A DNA stretch of 64,000 bases from Chiloscyllium plagiosum. Taxonomy: Eukaryota. Positions 1-12,959 of the stretch are shown here, piece by piece; the stretch's first letter is position 1; each line of letters opens with the position of its first letter. The stretch is from assembly GCF_004010195.1 (NCBI RefSeq), contig NC_057719.1, forward strand, positions 84,035,108 through 84,099,107, in the 5' to 3' direction. The position numbers were made by a program, and so were the translations under genes. The notes beneath the pieces are model-generated. The model did not search any database. It was not told the origin of the DNA and was given only the letters and a program-made list of their open reading frames with translations.

Positions 1-1728
1 TTCTCAAAGAGTTCCACATATAATGAATTACTTTGAAATTCAGTGGCACACACAGAAGACAAAGCAATGAGGGCAGACGACTGCCTTCATCAAAAGCTAG
101 CTGTGCCAGGAACAGTCTGTAAAAGCACTGAGCATGCCTGATAAGACCTGGCACCCACCAGCCTCTGCCGCAACAAAGGTTCCTTTCTTCATCCCTTTCT
201 CTTGATCATTCATGCTGGATATATGGGCAAGCACTCTCTGCAAAGCTTGAGTAATCAATAGAGGTACCTGGATCGTTGAGCTACATTCCATTTGAGATGG
301 CTGCACTCACTTTTTGCACCAAGGCCTGGCAAAACGTGGTAGGCTGCAAAAGATCCTTCAGGTAGCAAGTTACTACTTGCTTCAATCACAACAAAAAAAA
401 AGGTTGTTGATACTGAAAACTCATATCCGATTTCTTCAAGAAAGAATGCAGAATCATAGAACATAGAAGAAGCTCATGCAATCCTCCATACCAGTGTTAG
501 CTCTTTGAAAGAGCTTCCCGACTTGTGCCACGTCTCTGCTATTCCCTTGCAAATTTTTGAAAGGTTGCTTCTCAAAATTATGTCCACTCCCCTTTTGAAA
601 GTTATTATTGAATCTGCTTCCATCACCCTTTCAGGCATGGCGTTGGAGGTCATAACAACTCAATTGAGCAAAAAAAAAACACTTTCCCTCTATTTGAAAT
701 CTGTGTTGTGGTTACCAAACCTCCTGCCAGAAGAAAGAGTTTCTCTCCACTTGCTCTACCAAAACACATCCCAATTACGAACTCATTCGTCAAATCACCC
801 TATAGTCTTATCTGATCTCGTGGGAACATCACAGCTTCTTTTGTCTCTCTCCACGGAAGTGATGCACTTTATTCAGAATAAAGGTAAGATGACCATAGAC
901 CTACTGGACCATAGGGATGGTCTCCCATTAGAGAGGTGGTACTTTAATATGAGGATCACCATGTCTTGGGTTGAGAAGGTGGACCTTCATGGTAACCTCA
1001 GACAGTGTGGGAAATGAACCAATGCTGTTGGCTTCATTCTACATTGCAAAGCAGCTACCCAGCCATCCAGCCAACTGAGTGAACTGTCCCCGTCCCCACC
1101 CCCATCCCCATCCATGGTACCATTCCAATGGCACCATTCCAACACATTTCTTTTCCACCCCTTCTTCAAAGAGTACAGTGGCCTGGATTGGGCACAATGG
1201 ACTTAATCAGACTTAATTAGTGATTTGCAAAGGTTGAGCATGGCTTTTCTAATTTGAAAGAGTAACTAACACAAAGGTAAATGTTTTCAAAGCACATAGG
1301 GCTGGAGTGTCTGTAGGAATTGCCTGCAGAACACCCACAGAATCCACCAAGGAACCCTGGCATTTCCCCAGAGGTTTTATGAATCATTCACAATGACGAG
1401 GAGAAATCCCATGGAAATTCAACTCTTTAAACATTAGTCCAGAATGCAGGGAGACCCTCAAACGACAAAGGCTGTGCTGGAAATGAAGGAATGGCAAAGA
1501 TACTTAATATGCACTGGCAGCGAGTACTGTTGAAGCCCATGTGCATCCTCACTCCATGAACACTTTACGCAGATGGCAATCAGGATTAGCTGATGCCCAT
1601 GATCACACCATATTACAACCCCACTGCTGGCTTATAAGGCCAGCTCCAATGTCAAAAGTTATAACAGTATTGAACAGGATTGCGCTGTATTAATCAACGG
1701 AACTGTTAGGATTCAAGATTCAATTGTC

Positions 1729-2038
1729 TTAGATTAGATTAGATTAGATTACTTACAGTGTGGAAACAGGCCCTTCGGCCTGACAAGTCCACACCGCCCC
1801 GCCGAAGCGCAACCCACCCATTCCCCTACTTTAACATTACGGACAATTTAGCATGGCCAATTCACCTGACCTGCACATCTTTGGACTGTGGGAGAAAACC
1901 GGAGCACCCAGAGGAAACCCACGCAGACACGGGGAGAACGTACAAACTCCACACAGTCAGTTGCCTGAGGCGGGAATTGAACCCGGGTCTCTGGCGCTGT
2001 GAGGCAGCAGTGCTAACCACTGTGCCACCGTGCCGCCC
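1729..2038 (-). mobile_element. Full-length HE1-like tRNA-derived SINE
   Basis: Reverse complement starts GGGCGGCACGGTGGCACAGTGG (A box), has GGTTCAATTCC (B box), a CR1-like 3' end and a (TAATC)n tail; near-identical to 28982-29291. Confidence 0.9.
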
Positions 2039-2099
2039 ACAACCCTAGTTCTTAACCCTAGTTCTTCACCCTAAAATAGATTAACCTTCAGCTTATGAC

Positions 2100-2760
2100 A
2101 AAAGGAAAATACTGGATGCTAGAAGCCTGAAATATAAAAATATACTCGAAATACTTAGCAGGTCAGATGGCATCTGTGGTGAGAAACAGAGTTAACATCT
2201 CAGGTCGATGACCTTTGATTAGAAAAAAAGGAGATTTAGAAACAGGAGATGATTGTCAGCTAGGAGGAAGAGGAGAGCAGCAATTACAAAAGGAAAGGCT
2301 TGTAATGCGGTGGAGGACAGGAGACACTAACTAACAAACGTTTCTGATGTAAAAAACCAAGGAGAATGGTATTAGGGAACCAAATGCTGTGTCTATAGTC
2401 TGGACTTTCACTTCTATTTATTTTGCGCTTCCTACTTGCTTAGAACGTCTAACATTTTTCTTCAGATCCAATCCAAGGTCAGCAACCTAAAATGTAATGT
2501 CTCAGCAAATTACTGCAGATGCTACAATTTGTACTGAACATTAAAAAAATGCTGAAGATCACAGCAGGGCAGGCAGCATCCATGTAGAGAGACAGAACAA
2601 GCTAACATTTGAAGTCTAGACAACTCTTCAGCGCACTGTATGGATGCTGCCTGACCCACTGTGCTTTCTAGCATTTTTGATTTCAACCTAAAACTTGGTT
2701 TCTCTTCGCAGGTGGCCTGTTGAGTATTTCGAGCATTTTTTTTGTTTTTTTCTTCAGACA
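2100..2760. mobile_element. Cluster of old, decayed Penelope-like element ends, partly inverted
   Basis: Degenerate GATGCTGCCTGACC/CAGCAT motifs in both orientations (e.g. 2545-2630 vs 2640-2685). Confidence 0.55.
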
Positions 2761-3957
2761 TTAAGCCAGTGGCTTCGCATCTCTGAAATACTGTCTCCTG
2801 ATCAGATTCTAGTATATAACAGGCTGCATTGCGGATCACAGAATTACAATCCTAGTGGCAAGTAAATGAAAGGGCAAGCACTGACATTCCAGAAAATGAT
2901 TTATTCTAAAGAATTGTTTTATTCAAAACCCAGTGGCTCCCTTGGGCCAATGCTCAAAACTTCAATGCAGAAGAAACATCTGAAATAGAGTGTCTGTAAA
3001 CTGAAAAGATCACGTTGTTCGAGTACGAACCCATAAGGAAAGCAAGGCTGAGGTAGGTCACGATTATTTTCATGTGATTCAGTTGCTGGCAAGGCAAACG
3101 CTGGACTGATCTTTGCTGTGAAGCCATTATTCAGTGTTTTCCAAAGATTTATCAACTAAAATGAATTCAAGCTCAGATTCTACGCTGCAGTGTTGCCCTA
3201 AAGCAGTAAACGTACACACTGGAACAGAATTCCATTCTGATTGCCAAAATTGCTGCAGGCTCAGCTGATCACAGTTGTGAGGAGTTTAAATAGCAAGAGG
3301 TCCAAGCCCAAAGTGTGGTCCTTACAAGTAAAAAGAACATCAGCTAGAACCGCTTTATCAATTGTGCAATAACTTACCAAGGAAGGCCATTGAGGCGAAC
3401 CAGATCAATAAGTTCAAAACTAATTTGATGATCTCAGTAAAATATGTGGAGCAGGTTTGGGAGGAACAGGTGCCTTCAGATGCATAGTTCCTAATGCTTC
3501 CTATCACTGGGATTTTCTTGGGTCATCTCTGGGTCTGTTGCAAACTAATTGCTGGAAATTAATCAACAACACCGCTATTATTGTATAAAGTGAGTGCAAG
3601 GATGGCAGATATCAGAAATAGCTAGGTGGTAATGGATAGATCACTGAAGTCAAATCTTTATTCAATTATTTACTTTTATTTAGAGGTACGATTCACATCC
3701 ATTGTGCACCTCCAACAGCACGGCCCGTGTTCATGTCCACATTTTACTAAGCAGCAGAGGCCTCAATTTTACCTTGGTGGAGATTTTTAATTGGCACCCA
3801 AAGGATCTGCAATTGAAAGTAGAAACAGACCCTGACAGACCTTGAATAAACACAAAAGTATTGGTAATACTAAGTTGTGGCAATTTGCTGCTGTACGTTC
3901 AGATTTTTCCATTTTTATTTCAGATTTATTCTAATTACAGCATTTCTCCTTATGTAA

Positions 3958-4192
3958 GGCATGTATGGAATGAGCTGCCAGAGGAAGTGGTGGAAGCTGG
4001 TCCAACTGCAACATTTAAAAGGCATCTGGATGGGTATATGAATAGGAAGGGTTTAAAGGGATATGGGCCGGGTGCTGGCAGGTGGGACTAGATTGGGTTG
4101 GGATATCTGGTTGGCATGGACAATTTGGATCAAAGGGTTTGTTTCGTGCTGTACATCTCTGTGAATGTACGACTCTGTGACTGTACGACTCT
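3958..4192 (+). mobile_element. CR1/HER1-like LINE 3' end fragment
   Basis: Encodes VWNELPEEVVEAG..ATFKRHLDGYMNRKG followed by CR1 3' UTR and short tandem tail; matches 48350-48553. Confidence 0.9.
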
Positions 4193-5074
4193 ATTGGACC
4201 TTGTTCTATTTTCATCCAATTATTCCTATTCTTCTTTCTGCTAATTTTGTACTTGGAAGGATAGGTAAGGTTGATGCATGGAATGGCATTTCTCTCTTTT
4301 GAATGGTCCTGATGTTCTTTCATTCCCCTTAACTCCTCCCCTCTAATGTCTTTTCAGTGTTTGCAACTCTACAGCACATTCCCTTGACTAAGAAACTCTT
4401 GACCTGCTTACCAGGCTCCTCATGGTCACCTTCAAATGGCACAAAGACTGTGGCCCCTATATTGACAGAGGTGACTTGCGTAGGAAAGGAAGTATGGGTA
4501 CCCAGAACACGGAGAAGGTAGGTGGGTTTTTAGTCTGGAAGCTTAAATGTCTGGGTTTCCTCACATCCTTTTGAGTTTGGGCCCTACAGCAGGGACGTTT
4601 TCTGTTTGCTTAACAGAGACCCCGCTCCTAAGTCAGCCTGACTGAAATAACTTCCAGCAAGTCCTCCAGAGCAGTCTCCCAACTCCAAGTAAGCAGTGTG
4701 CAGCTGCTAGTGGGAGCGGTGTCTGAGGCTGGCAGCCAAATATCAGAAATAAGTTAAGGTTGGGAGAATTGAGGGGTAAAGCACTCCTGATTCTCCAGGC
4801 CCACAGCAGTGTTGAAAGGCCACAAATATAAACAAAAGGTGAACCAAGTTTTAATAAAAGACTTACACAGCATTGGCACATTGAGCCCAAGCATGGTCCC
4901 TTCCATCCTGAGTCTATGAAAAGCATGTTTCCCAAAAGCCTCAAAAGGAAGACCAAAAACTCATATCCTCACTGCATCCAATGTATTACTCAACCCAATT
5001 CCAGATTTACACCCACCAGCAAATGCCACCACCCTCCCTTGACACCACCCTCAACTGGTTAGATTGTTTTCCTA

Positions 5075-5266
5075 AAGATAAAGACAATGACTGCAGATGC
5101 TGGAAACCAGAATCTAGATTAGAGTGGTGCTGGAAAAGCACAGCAGGTCAGGCAGCATCCAAGGAGCAGGGAAATCGATGTCTCGGGCAAAAGCCCTTCA
5201 TCAGGAATAGAGGCAGAGGGCTTGCAGGATGGAGAGATAAATGAGAGGAGGGTGGGGGTGGGGAGA
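5075..5266 (-). mobile_element. Penelope-like element 3' end (pLTR) with degenerate hammerhead
   Basis: Same sequence family as 14170-14373; hammerhead core has GAAA changed to GAGA. Confidence 0.8.
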
Positions 5267-5434
5267 CTTCTTTGAATACTGCATTTGCATTATCACAGCA
5301 TGAACCAATAAAGAACCAGGGAGAAAATTAACTCAGTCAGAAGCTAATGGCCAAGTACTTCTAAGTTCAGATTTAAATACTAACGGTGTGGATTATAAAG
5401 AAAAAAACATATAAAATGAAAATAGATTAATTCT

Positions 5435-5551
5435 CAGGATCTTGTAGCACAATGGCAGTATCCCTCATTATGAGCCAGGAGGCTTGGTTCATGTCCCTCC
5501 TCCTCCAGAGATGTTCAATGACATATCTGAACAGATTGATTAGAAAATATC
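5435..5551 (+). mobile_element. Short old tRNA-derived SINE; related copies at ~19965-20082 and ~56420-56520
   Basis: Degenerate A box (TAGCACAATGG) and B box (GGTTCATGTCC); shared downstream AGAGATG..AT(A/G)ACA..AACA motif among the three copies. Confidence 0.5.
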
Positions 5552-6011
5552 TGTGTAGGGAGAACATGTTGGAGAGTGTGAAGTCTGAATAGAAATAACC
5601 CTGTGGGTTCAATTGTAGACTGTTCGAAGAAGATAAGGCAGAGGCTGTCCAAAATGTTGAGATGCTAAGAGACAGTGAATTAAGAGCAGGAAATGATTGA
5701 GATGTCCTGACTTCAATATAATGAGCAATGAATCCTCTGAATTCTCCAACCAAGAGAATAAAGTGGCCCCTCATTTTGTGACGATATTCAAAACTAAGAT
5801 CAAGAGGTTTTTAGACTCTAAGGGAATCCAAGATTATAATGATCAGATGGAAAGTGGAATCGATATGAAAGAACAGCCATGACCTTAAAAAATGGCAATG
5901 CTGGTTTGCACAGTTTGTGACCTAATGCTCTTCTCTGGTTTGTACAATTTTTCTTACCCAGGAAGTTACATGGGTCCTAAAAGACCAAGGTATGAAATTT
6001 AAGTTTTCGCT

Positions 6012-6163
6012 AAAAGTCACACAATACTAGGATATAGTCTATCTAAAGAAGGAGCAGCGCTCTGAAAGCTTGTACTTCCAAATAAACCTCTTGGACTGTA
6101 ACCTAGTGTTGGTGTGATTTTTAACTTTGTCCACCCCAGTCCAACACCAGCACCTGCACATCA
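6012..6163 (+). mobile_element. Penelope-like mini-insertion (second family) with short 5' inverted arm
   Basis: Degenerate hammerhead at 6043-6071; 6012-6039 is the reverse complement of 6094-6123; degenerate TSD TAAGTTTT(C/A)G(C/A)TA on both sides. Confidence 0.75.
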
Positions 6164-6946
6164 CCTAAGTTTTAGATAGACTGAGAACTTGCAAAGAAAG
6201 GCAGAAAAACAGGCACAAGTCATGAGAGAAAGAGACCTTAACGCCAGATTTCATTTGTCAACAGACTACAAAGGAAATAATAAATAAGATCAAAGATATT
6301 CATCTGAACAATAGGGATAGGCTTGAGCAGCTTTTCCAGTTTTCCAAGGCTTTAGGTGCACTTAACAAGGATTTGAAGTAGATTAAATTCTCTGACTCCA
6401 TTACTTTAATAAAGTCAGAAGATTCTTCATAGCGTATCTACCAGCACTTATGGGTTAAGCACAAGAACAAAGTCACAAGGGTACACTCTCATGAAAAGAA
6501 ACTGGACTGTCCGAGTCATCACCGAGTCATTCCTGTCTCCGGCTTTTTAAGCCCAGTCACAATGTTGTATCATAGAAGGTACAGGCTTCAGCACTCATCT
6601 TCATTCTAAATTAACAGTAACCCATTACCAGGTTGGTACACATATTCAGTGACACAGCAAGTCAAAAGTTCTGCTTCTGGGGATTGATGGAGCTGGGCAA
6701 CCGAGACTAGATGCGAGGGTGAAAACCATGTAACACAAACTCGTCCAGTCTTTACTTCACAACATCTAGTAGGGGCTCTTCCAAGGCCTCTGTCAGCTTT
6801 AAATCATGTGTGAAGTCCTTTGGGCTGTGAAATGAGCAGCAGGAATTAAACATGACCGATGCCCAATCAGATATTACTGTAAAAGCCAAACTGGAGTTTC
6901 CTGTTAAATGGACCATCATGAAACCAGCTCAACACAAAGAACCTAC

Positions 6947-7505
6947 AACAACAACTTGCATTTTCAATACAATTAACATCCAAAGGAGCTTCACAACAGT
7001 GTTATAAAACACAATGTGATACTGAGCAACATTAAGAGATATTAGGATAAGTGCCCAGAAATTTGGCCAGAGGAAGATTTTAACAAGCAACCATTAAGCA
7101 TTTGACAGAGAGGGGAAAAAAAAAGCAGAAACCTTAGGGAAAGAATTCCAGGGTTTAGGATCTGAGCAACAGAAAGAATATTCGGTATTGGTGAGCAATT
7201 AAAATCAGGGATGTGCAAGAGGTTAGAATTTGAGGACAGAGATCTCAGGGGTTCTTAGGGATGAAGATGGTTAGTAAACTATAGAGGCGTAGAGCCTTAG
7301 TATAATTTGAAAACACAGATATGCATTTTCTACATATAGAGCAGGAATCACCATAAAGTCCTCGAACATTACAGTAATGGATAAATGGGACTTAGCTGAG
7401 TTACAATGCCAATAAGTAAAGTTTTGGATGAGCTCAAGTTTATGGAAGTTGCTCAATGGGTGCCAACCAAAGTCAATAGCTTTAGTCTCCCTAATATTTA
7501 ATTGA
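6947..7505 (-). mobile_element. Old L2-like LINE 3' fragment
   Basis: Starts with the reversed 3' terminus ACAACAACTTGCATTT; homologous to 29935-30870 and 35285-35830. Confidence 0.55.
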
Positions 7506-7942
7506 GAATAAAACGCAACATAAAACATGAAAATGTTCAGTTTCTGTTCAGCATTCAACTTGTTACCAGCTACACTGCACCTGAACATTTGCATGCTAAC
7601 TGCTCTCTCCCTACCTTACGGCACAGCACAATTTTGGGTTTCTTCCCGGCAACTGATAAATGTCTTCCACTGAATTATCAACAGGTACCTCCTTGCATTA
7701 TACTATCTCCCAGTGCAGATTGCAACATGAAGAAAAATAACCTAGCCTAACTTCAAAAAAAGAACGCTCTCTCTTCACAATCTGTACCTACACACCACAA
7801 AGACATTTTCCATCTTTTGAAAAAGATTAGATTGAGTGTCCTTCTGCCTGATCGATGAACATTAAAACAAAAATCCAATGGTGCTATTTGAAAGAGACCA
7901 GGAGAGAAAAGCTTATTCACTTTACTGATTGCACATAACTGG

Positions 7943-8032
7943 CATGTTAATACAGGTTCCTATATTAATCATACATTAATGATGACATGTTAATACAGGT
8001 TCCTATATTAATCATACATTAATGATGACATG
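7943..8032. repeat. Perfect 43 bp tandem duplication
   Basis: CATGTTAATACAGGTTCCTATATTAATCATACATTAATGATGA twice, followed by CATG. Confidence 0.95.
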
Positions 8033-8401
8033 CATATATAAAGCATCTAGTAAACACAGTGAAGTGCTTTCAAAGTATTCCAACAGAATGTTAAGATACA
8101 TATTGTGATACTGAGCTACATTTGGAAAATTAGAAGTTGCCAGAAGCCTGGTCAAACAGTTATGTATTCAGGGAGCAAAGATGAGAAGCATGGTGAGGGA
8201 ACTAGCATTTGGCAGCCAAAGGCATGCCTACTAACTGTGAGATACATGTGAGCCCAGGAAAAATGCAGGGTTCACACAGGCTTGTAGAGCTGGAGGCATA
8301 ACAGAAATAGGCAGGAGCACAGCCATGGAGGAATGTGAACATGGGGAAGAGAACCTTAAAGATGTTGATGGAGTGGAAGCAAATGGAACTTGAACCACTT
8401 T

Positions 8402-9385
8402 AGACTATAAGACCACAAGATGCAGAGGTAAGCCATTTGGTCCACCAGATCTTCACAGCCATTCAATGGCTGATTCATGGCCGATAATCCACTTGCTTGC
8501 CTTATCCCCACGACACATGGTTCCCTTACCAGTTAAAGTCTGCCTATCTCTTAAATATACTCAATGATGCAGCATCTCAGCTCTCTGCAGTAAAAAGCTC
8601 CATAGATTCACTACTTCCTGTGAGACGAAATTCCTCTTTGTTGTTGTTTTAACGGGCAAACACATACTCTGAGACTACTCTTCTCCTGGACTCTCCCACC
8701 TAGGCAAAACACCCTCCCAATATCTATGCTGTCAAAGCCCTAAATGTGTTTCAATACAGTCTTCTACACTTCGGTGAGTACAAGCCTAATCCGCTCAACC
8801 TTTTCTCATAAGAAAATCCCTCCGTGCCTGGGATCAACCCAGTGATTTTATTCTGGATTGCTTCCAATGCCAGTACATCTTTCCTTGGATAAAGGGAGAA
8901 AAACTGTTTACATTATTGAACTGCAGTCTGATTAATGACTTGCATAGTTTTAGCAAAACTTCCGAGGAGCGAGACAGTCAACGTCAACTCTCTTGCTCCT
9001 CGGATGCTGCCTGACCTGCTGTGACCTTTCCAGCACCACACTTTAGCAACTGATTTCTCCAGCATCTGCAGTCCCCACTGTCTCCTCGTTTAACAAAACT
9101 TCCCTAACTTTGCACTCCATTCTCTTTGAAATAAAGATCAACACTTCATTTGCCTTCCCTATTACTCGCTGAACTCGGATGCTAGATTTTTGTGGTTCAT
9201 GCATGAGGAAATCGAAATCTCTCTGCTATAGCTTTGTACAGTTTGTCTTCATTTAAATAATATTCAGCTTTCTGTTCTTCCTGCCAATGGGCATGAAGTT
9301 TTTTTTTAACCTTCTATTCTATCTGACAAATTTTGCCCAATCACTTAACCTGTCTATATCCCGGTGTAGTTTCTCTGCATTAGGA
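8402..9385 (-). mobile_element. Old CR1 LINE 3' fragment interrupted by a PLE mini-insertion
   Basis: Reverse complement resembles CR1 ORF2 C-terminus and 3' UTR; homologous to 22262-23262. Confidence 0.75.
8964..9088 (+). mobile_element. Penelope-like mini-insertion with short 5' inversion
   Basis: PLE end motif GATGCTGCCTGACCTGCTG...CCAGCATCTGCAG; 15 bp TSD TTTA(G/A)CAAAACTTCC at 8949-8963 and 9089-9103. Confidence 0.85.
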
Positions 9386-9461
9386 TACAGACAGCAGAAT
9401 TTTAGACAGTTTGAAAGTGCCGAGGGTACAAAGTGGGAGCCTGGCCAGGACAACATGAGAA

Positions 9462-10407
9462 TAGAGTGTGGTGCTGGAAAAGCACAGCAGGTCAGGCAAC
9501 ATCGTGGAGCAGGGAAATCGACATTTTGGGCATAAGCCCTTCATCAGGAATAAGACGTGTGGACCAGGGAACTGAGAGATAAAAGGAAGGGGTTTGGGGT
9601 TGGTCGCTGAGAATGCGATAAGTGGATGAAAGTGGGGGAGAAAGGTCGGAAAGTAGGGTGGAGCGGATAGATGGGAAAGACAATGGACAGGTCAAGAGAG
9701 GGTGGTGCTGAGTTGGAAGCTTGGGATTGGAATAATATGGGGGGGTGGGGGGGAGGGGAAATGAGGAAACTGGTGAAATCTACATTGATTGCATGTGGTT
9801 GCAGGGTCCCAAGGCGGAAGATGAGGCGTTCATCCTCCAGGCATGAGGTGGTCAGGGTTTGGCGATGGAGGTGCCCAGGACCTGCATGTCTTTGGCGGAG
9901 TGAGAAACGGAGCTGAAGTGCTCAGTCACGGGGAGGTGGGGTTGGTTGGTGCAGGTGTCCCAGAGATGTTCTCTGAGACTATCCGCAAGTTGGCATCCTG
10001 TCTTCCCGATGTACAGGAGACCATATCGGGGTGCAACGGATACATTAGATGATATTGGCGGGAGGGGGATTAGATGTAAATTTCTGTCAGGTGTGGAAGA
10101 ATCCTTTGGGGCCAAGACAGACATAAGGGGGGGATATGTGGGCGCAGGTTTTGCACTTCCTGCGGTGGCATGGGAAGGTGCCAAGAGTGGAGTGTGGGCT
10201 GTGGGGGGGGGGTGTGCATGGATCTGACAAGGAAATCGCGGAGGGAATTGTCTCTCTGCAATACTGATAGAGGTGGGGAGGGAAATATATACTTTATCAC
10301 CCGAAGTCGATTCTCCTGCTCCTCCGATGCTGCCTGACCTGCTGTGCTTTCCCAGCGCCACACACTCGACTCTGATCTCCAGCATCTGCAACCCTCACTT
10401 TCTCCTA
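9462..10407 (-). mobile_element. Penelope-like element fragment with GIY-YIG endonuclease remnant and inverted pLTR ends
   Basis: Minus-strand ORF 9852-10391 contains LLYIGKTGCQLADSLREHL..HLPVTEHF..SHS..DMQVLG (GIY-YIG); pLTR on minus at 9462-9551 and on plus at 10301-10407; CATGAGAA repeated at 9454-9461 and 10411-10418. Confidence 0.88.
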
Positions 10408-11394
10408 GATCATGAGAAAAGTCTACTCTGAGAACTAGCAAAAGGGACAATTAACAAAACTGCTTTAAGCTGGATAAGATGGGTGATGTTTCAGAGATGG
10501 AAATAGTCAGTCTTGGTGCTCGACAAATCAAAGCTGCATTCAAATGGCTGTCAAAACTAATGCATCAGGCACTTACACAGCTGTACAATTTATATTACTA
10601 ATTCATGACCCTGGGACCCTCTGCAATACCCCAGCAGGTTTTGTATATTATACATCATAAAGGTAATCTAAAGCTTGTGTGGGACATTGAAAAACTAAAG
10701 CACTCAGACTTGCTTTCCTTTACTGTATTAAGGAATGGTGCTATCCTTTCATTAATGTACTCAACTGCAATCATACCAGCACTGACAAAACACTTTATAA
10801 TCATGGTAAATGGCAGAAATCTTTCTCAACATTTGCAGCTTTGCACAGGACAGAATTCCTTGCGTGGAATGACAGTAGTAAATAAACTTCCACAAATCAT
10901 AGGGTCTGTGAGTAAAATCACCCGCACTGGAAACATTCCAACTGAGCCCATGTTTACAGTGCTGGTGATGGACCATTAATAAAAGGCCCCGGCACAAAGT
11001 GTGAAGTTAATTCTATGCTAAATTTAGCTCGTGACTGTTTCACTTTATATCGTATCCACTGTTTTCTCCTCTTACTAAATAGTCTATTCTTTCAGCATAC
11101 CCTTATTTTTCAATCCTTTCATTACTGGTCACAAGTCTCCCATTTTATTAGTATGGAGGTGGCTTCTTCTATCCCTTCAGGGCTGCAATCACACATGGAC
11201 CATCTTCCTATTATAAGAATGGCAACAACAGTCAGGATTTCTATGACTTTGTACTTACTGCCATCTACCGTGGGAATACATTAAACATTTGATCAACTCT
11301 TCCACAAAATATTTTTTCTCAATTTATATTTAATGATCAATTGTAATATCTTTCAGTTTTAGATTTAACTCATGTATTATTTGTCATTACATAT

Positions 11395-11611
11395 CCCCCG
11401 GGTGCTACGGTTCCCTCCCACACTCCAAAGATGTGCAGGTTAGGTGGATTGGCAATGCTAAATTGCCCATAGCATCCAGGGATCTGTAGGTTAGATAGAT
11501 TAGCCACGGGGAATGCAGGGTTACAGGGATAGGGTAAGGAGATGGTTCTCTTTTGGGGGTCAGTGTTGACTCGATGGGCCGAATGGCCTGCTTCCACACT
11601 GTAAGGATTCT
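11395..11611 (+). mobile_element. 5'-truncated HE1-like SINE
   Basis: Matches the 3' half of 41559-41908, including the CR1-like tail. Confidence 0.85.
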
Positions 11612-12014
11612 TCTTCTATTAAATATGCTTCTCCTCAGTTCCTAAAAGTCTTTCAATTCCACTGATTTGTTGCGTTACATATTCATCTTGCAATGCTCAC
11701 TTAAAAATCAATCATTTTTCCTATACCTTCAGTTTAATCCATGACTCACATCAAGTTAACAATCGAGCACAGTGCTGCACTCCCAGAGATGCTGTCCTTC
11801 ATATAAAATCTGAAACTTGGCCCTTGTGTGACTGCTCAGCTACATGGTCACAGAGCACAATTTGAAGTACACCAAGAATTTCCCAAATGTCTTGTGGACA
11901 ACTTTCCTCTTTCAACTAATTGCCATTGGTCAACTACGGTCTGGGCTTTTGGGGTTCTCTGTGTTGTGATTGGGATTGTCCACACATTGTGTTTCATTAA
12001 ACAAGGAGTGACTT

Positions 12015-12270
12015 GCATTTCTATGGCATCTTTCAAGGTCATAGCATTTTCCAAAGTGCTGTATAACCAACGAAGTACTTTGAAGTTAAGTGATCATTGT
12101 AATGTAGGAAAAGTTGCGGCCAATTTGCATTCAACAGACTTCCATACACAATGTGACAACGACCAGATAATCTGTTTTAGTGATGTTGATTGAGGGATAA
12201 ATATTGGTCAGTGTACAAGGGAAAACGTTCACGCACTAATTTAAATAGTACCAGAATCTTTCACAGCCAT
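12015..12270 (-). mobile_element. Old DeuSINE (SacSINE1/AmnSINE-like) fragment
   Basis: GACCAGATAATCTGTTTTAGTGATGTTGATTGAGGGATAAATATTGG is the reverse complement of the Deu-domain region as I recall it; many copies in this window. Confidence 0.65.
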
Positions 12271-12349
12271 CTATATTACAGTTGTGTCCTAACACTTCCA
12301 TTGACAAATCAAAGTCATCAGCGGCGGCAATGACTTGCTAACTGGTAAT

Positions 12350-12651
12350 TTAGATTACTTAGTGTGGAAACAGGCCCTTCGGCCCAACAAGTCCACACTG
12401 ACCCGCCGAAGCGCAACCCACCCAGACCCATTCCCCTAACATTTACCCCGACACCTAACACTACGGGCAATTTAGCATGGCCAGTTCACCTAACCTGCAC
12501 ATTTTTTATTTTGGATTGTGGTAGGAAACCGGAGCACCCGGAGGAAACCCACGCAGACACGGGGTGAATGTGCAAACTCCACACACAGAGTTGCCTGAGC
12601 GGGAATTGAACTGTGTCTCTGGCACTGTGAGGCAGCAGTGCTAACCACTGT
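12350..12651 (-). mobile_element. HE1-like SINE, left member of a head-to-head pair
   Basis: Reverse-complement match to 28982-29291, lacking the first ~14 nt. Confidence 0.9.
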
Positions 12652-12903
12652 GGGCGGTATGGTGTCACAGTGGCGCCACATTATTCCCGTGTCTGTGTGG
12701 GTTTCCTCCGGGTGCTCTGGCTTCTCCCACAGTCCAAAAATGTGCAGGTTAGGTAAATTGGCCATGCTAAATTGCCCATAGTGTTAGGTGAAGGGGTAAA
12801 TGTAGGGGAATGGGTCTGGGTGGGTTGCTCTTCGGAGGGTCAGTGTGGACTTGTTGGGCCGCAGGGCCTGTTTCCACACTGTAAGTAAAGTAATCTAAAT
12901 CTA
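12652..12903 (+). mobile_element. HE1-like SINE with internal deletion, right member of a head-to-head pair
   Basis: Starts GGGCGGTATGGTGTCACAGTGG, lacks the B-box region, ends GTAATCTAAATCTA. Confidence 0.9.
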
Positions 12904-12959
12904 AGCGGTGGCAATCACTTGCTAACTGGTAATGATTGACCACCATCTGTGACAGATGG

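Noticed and set aside
505..1017. 170 aa plus-strand ORF
   Set aside because: TTG start, runs antisense through a decayed CR1 tail and into an old SINE-like repeat; no recognisable domain
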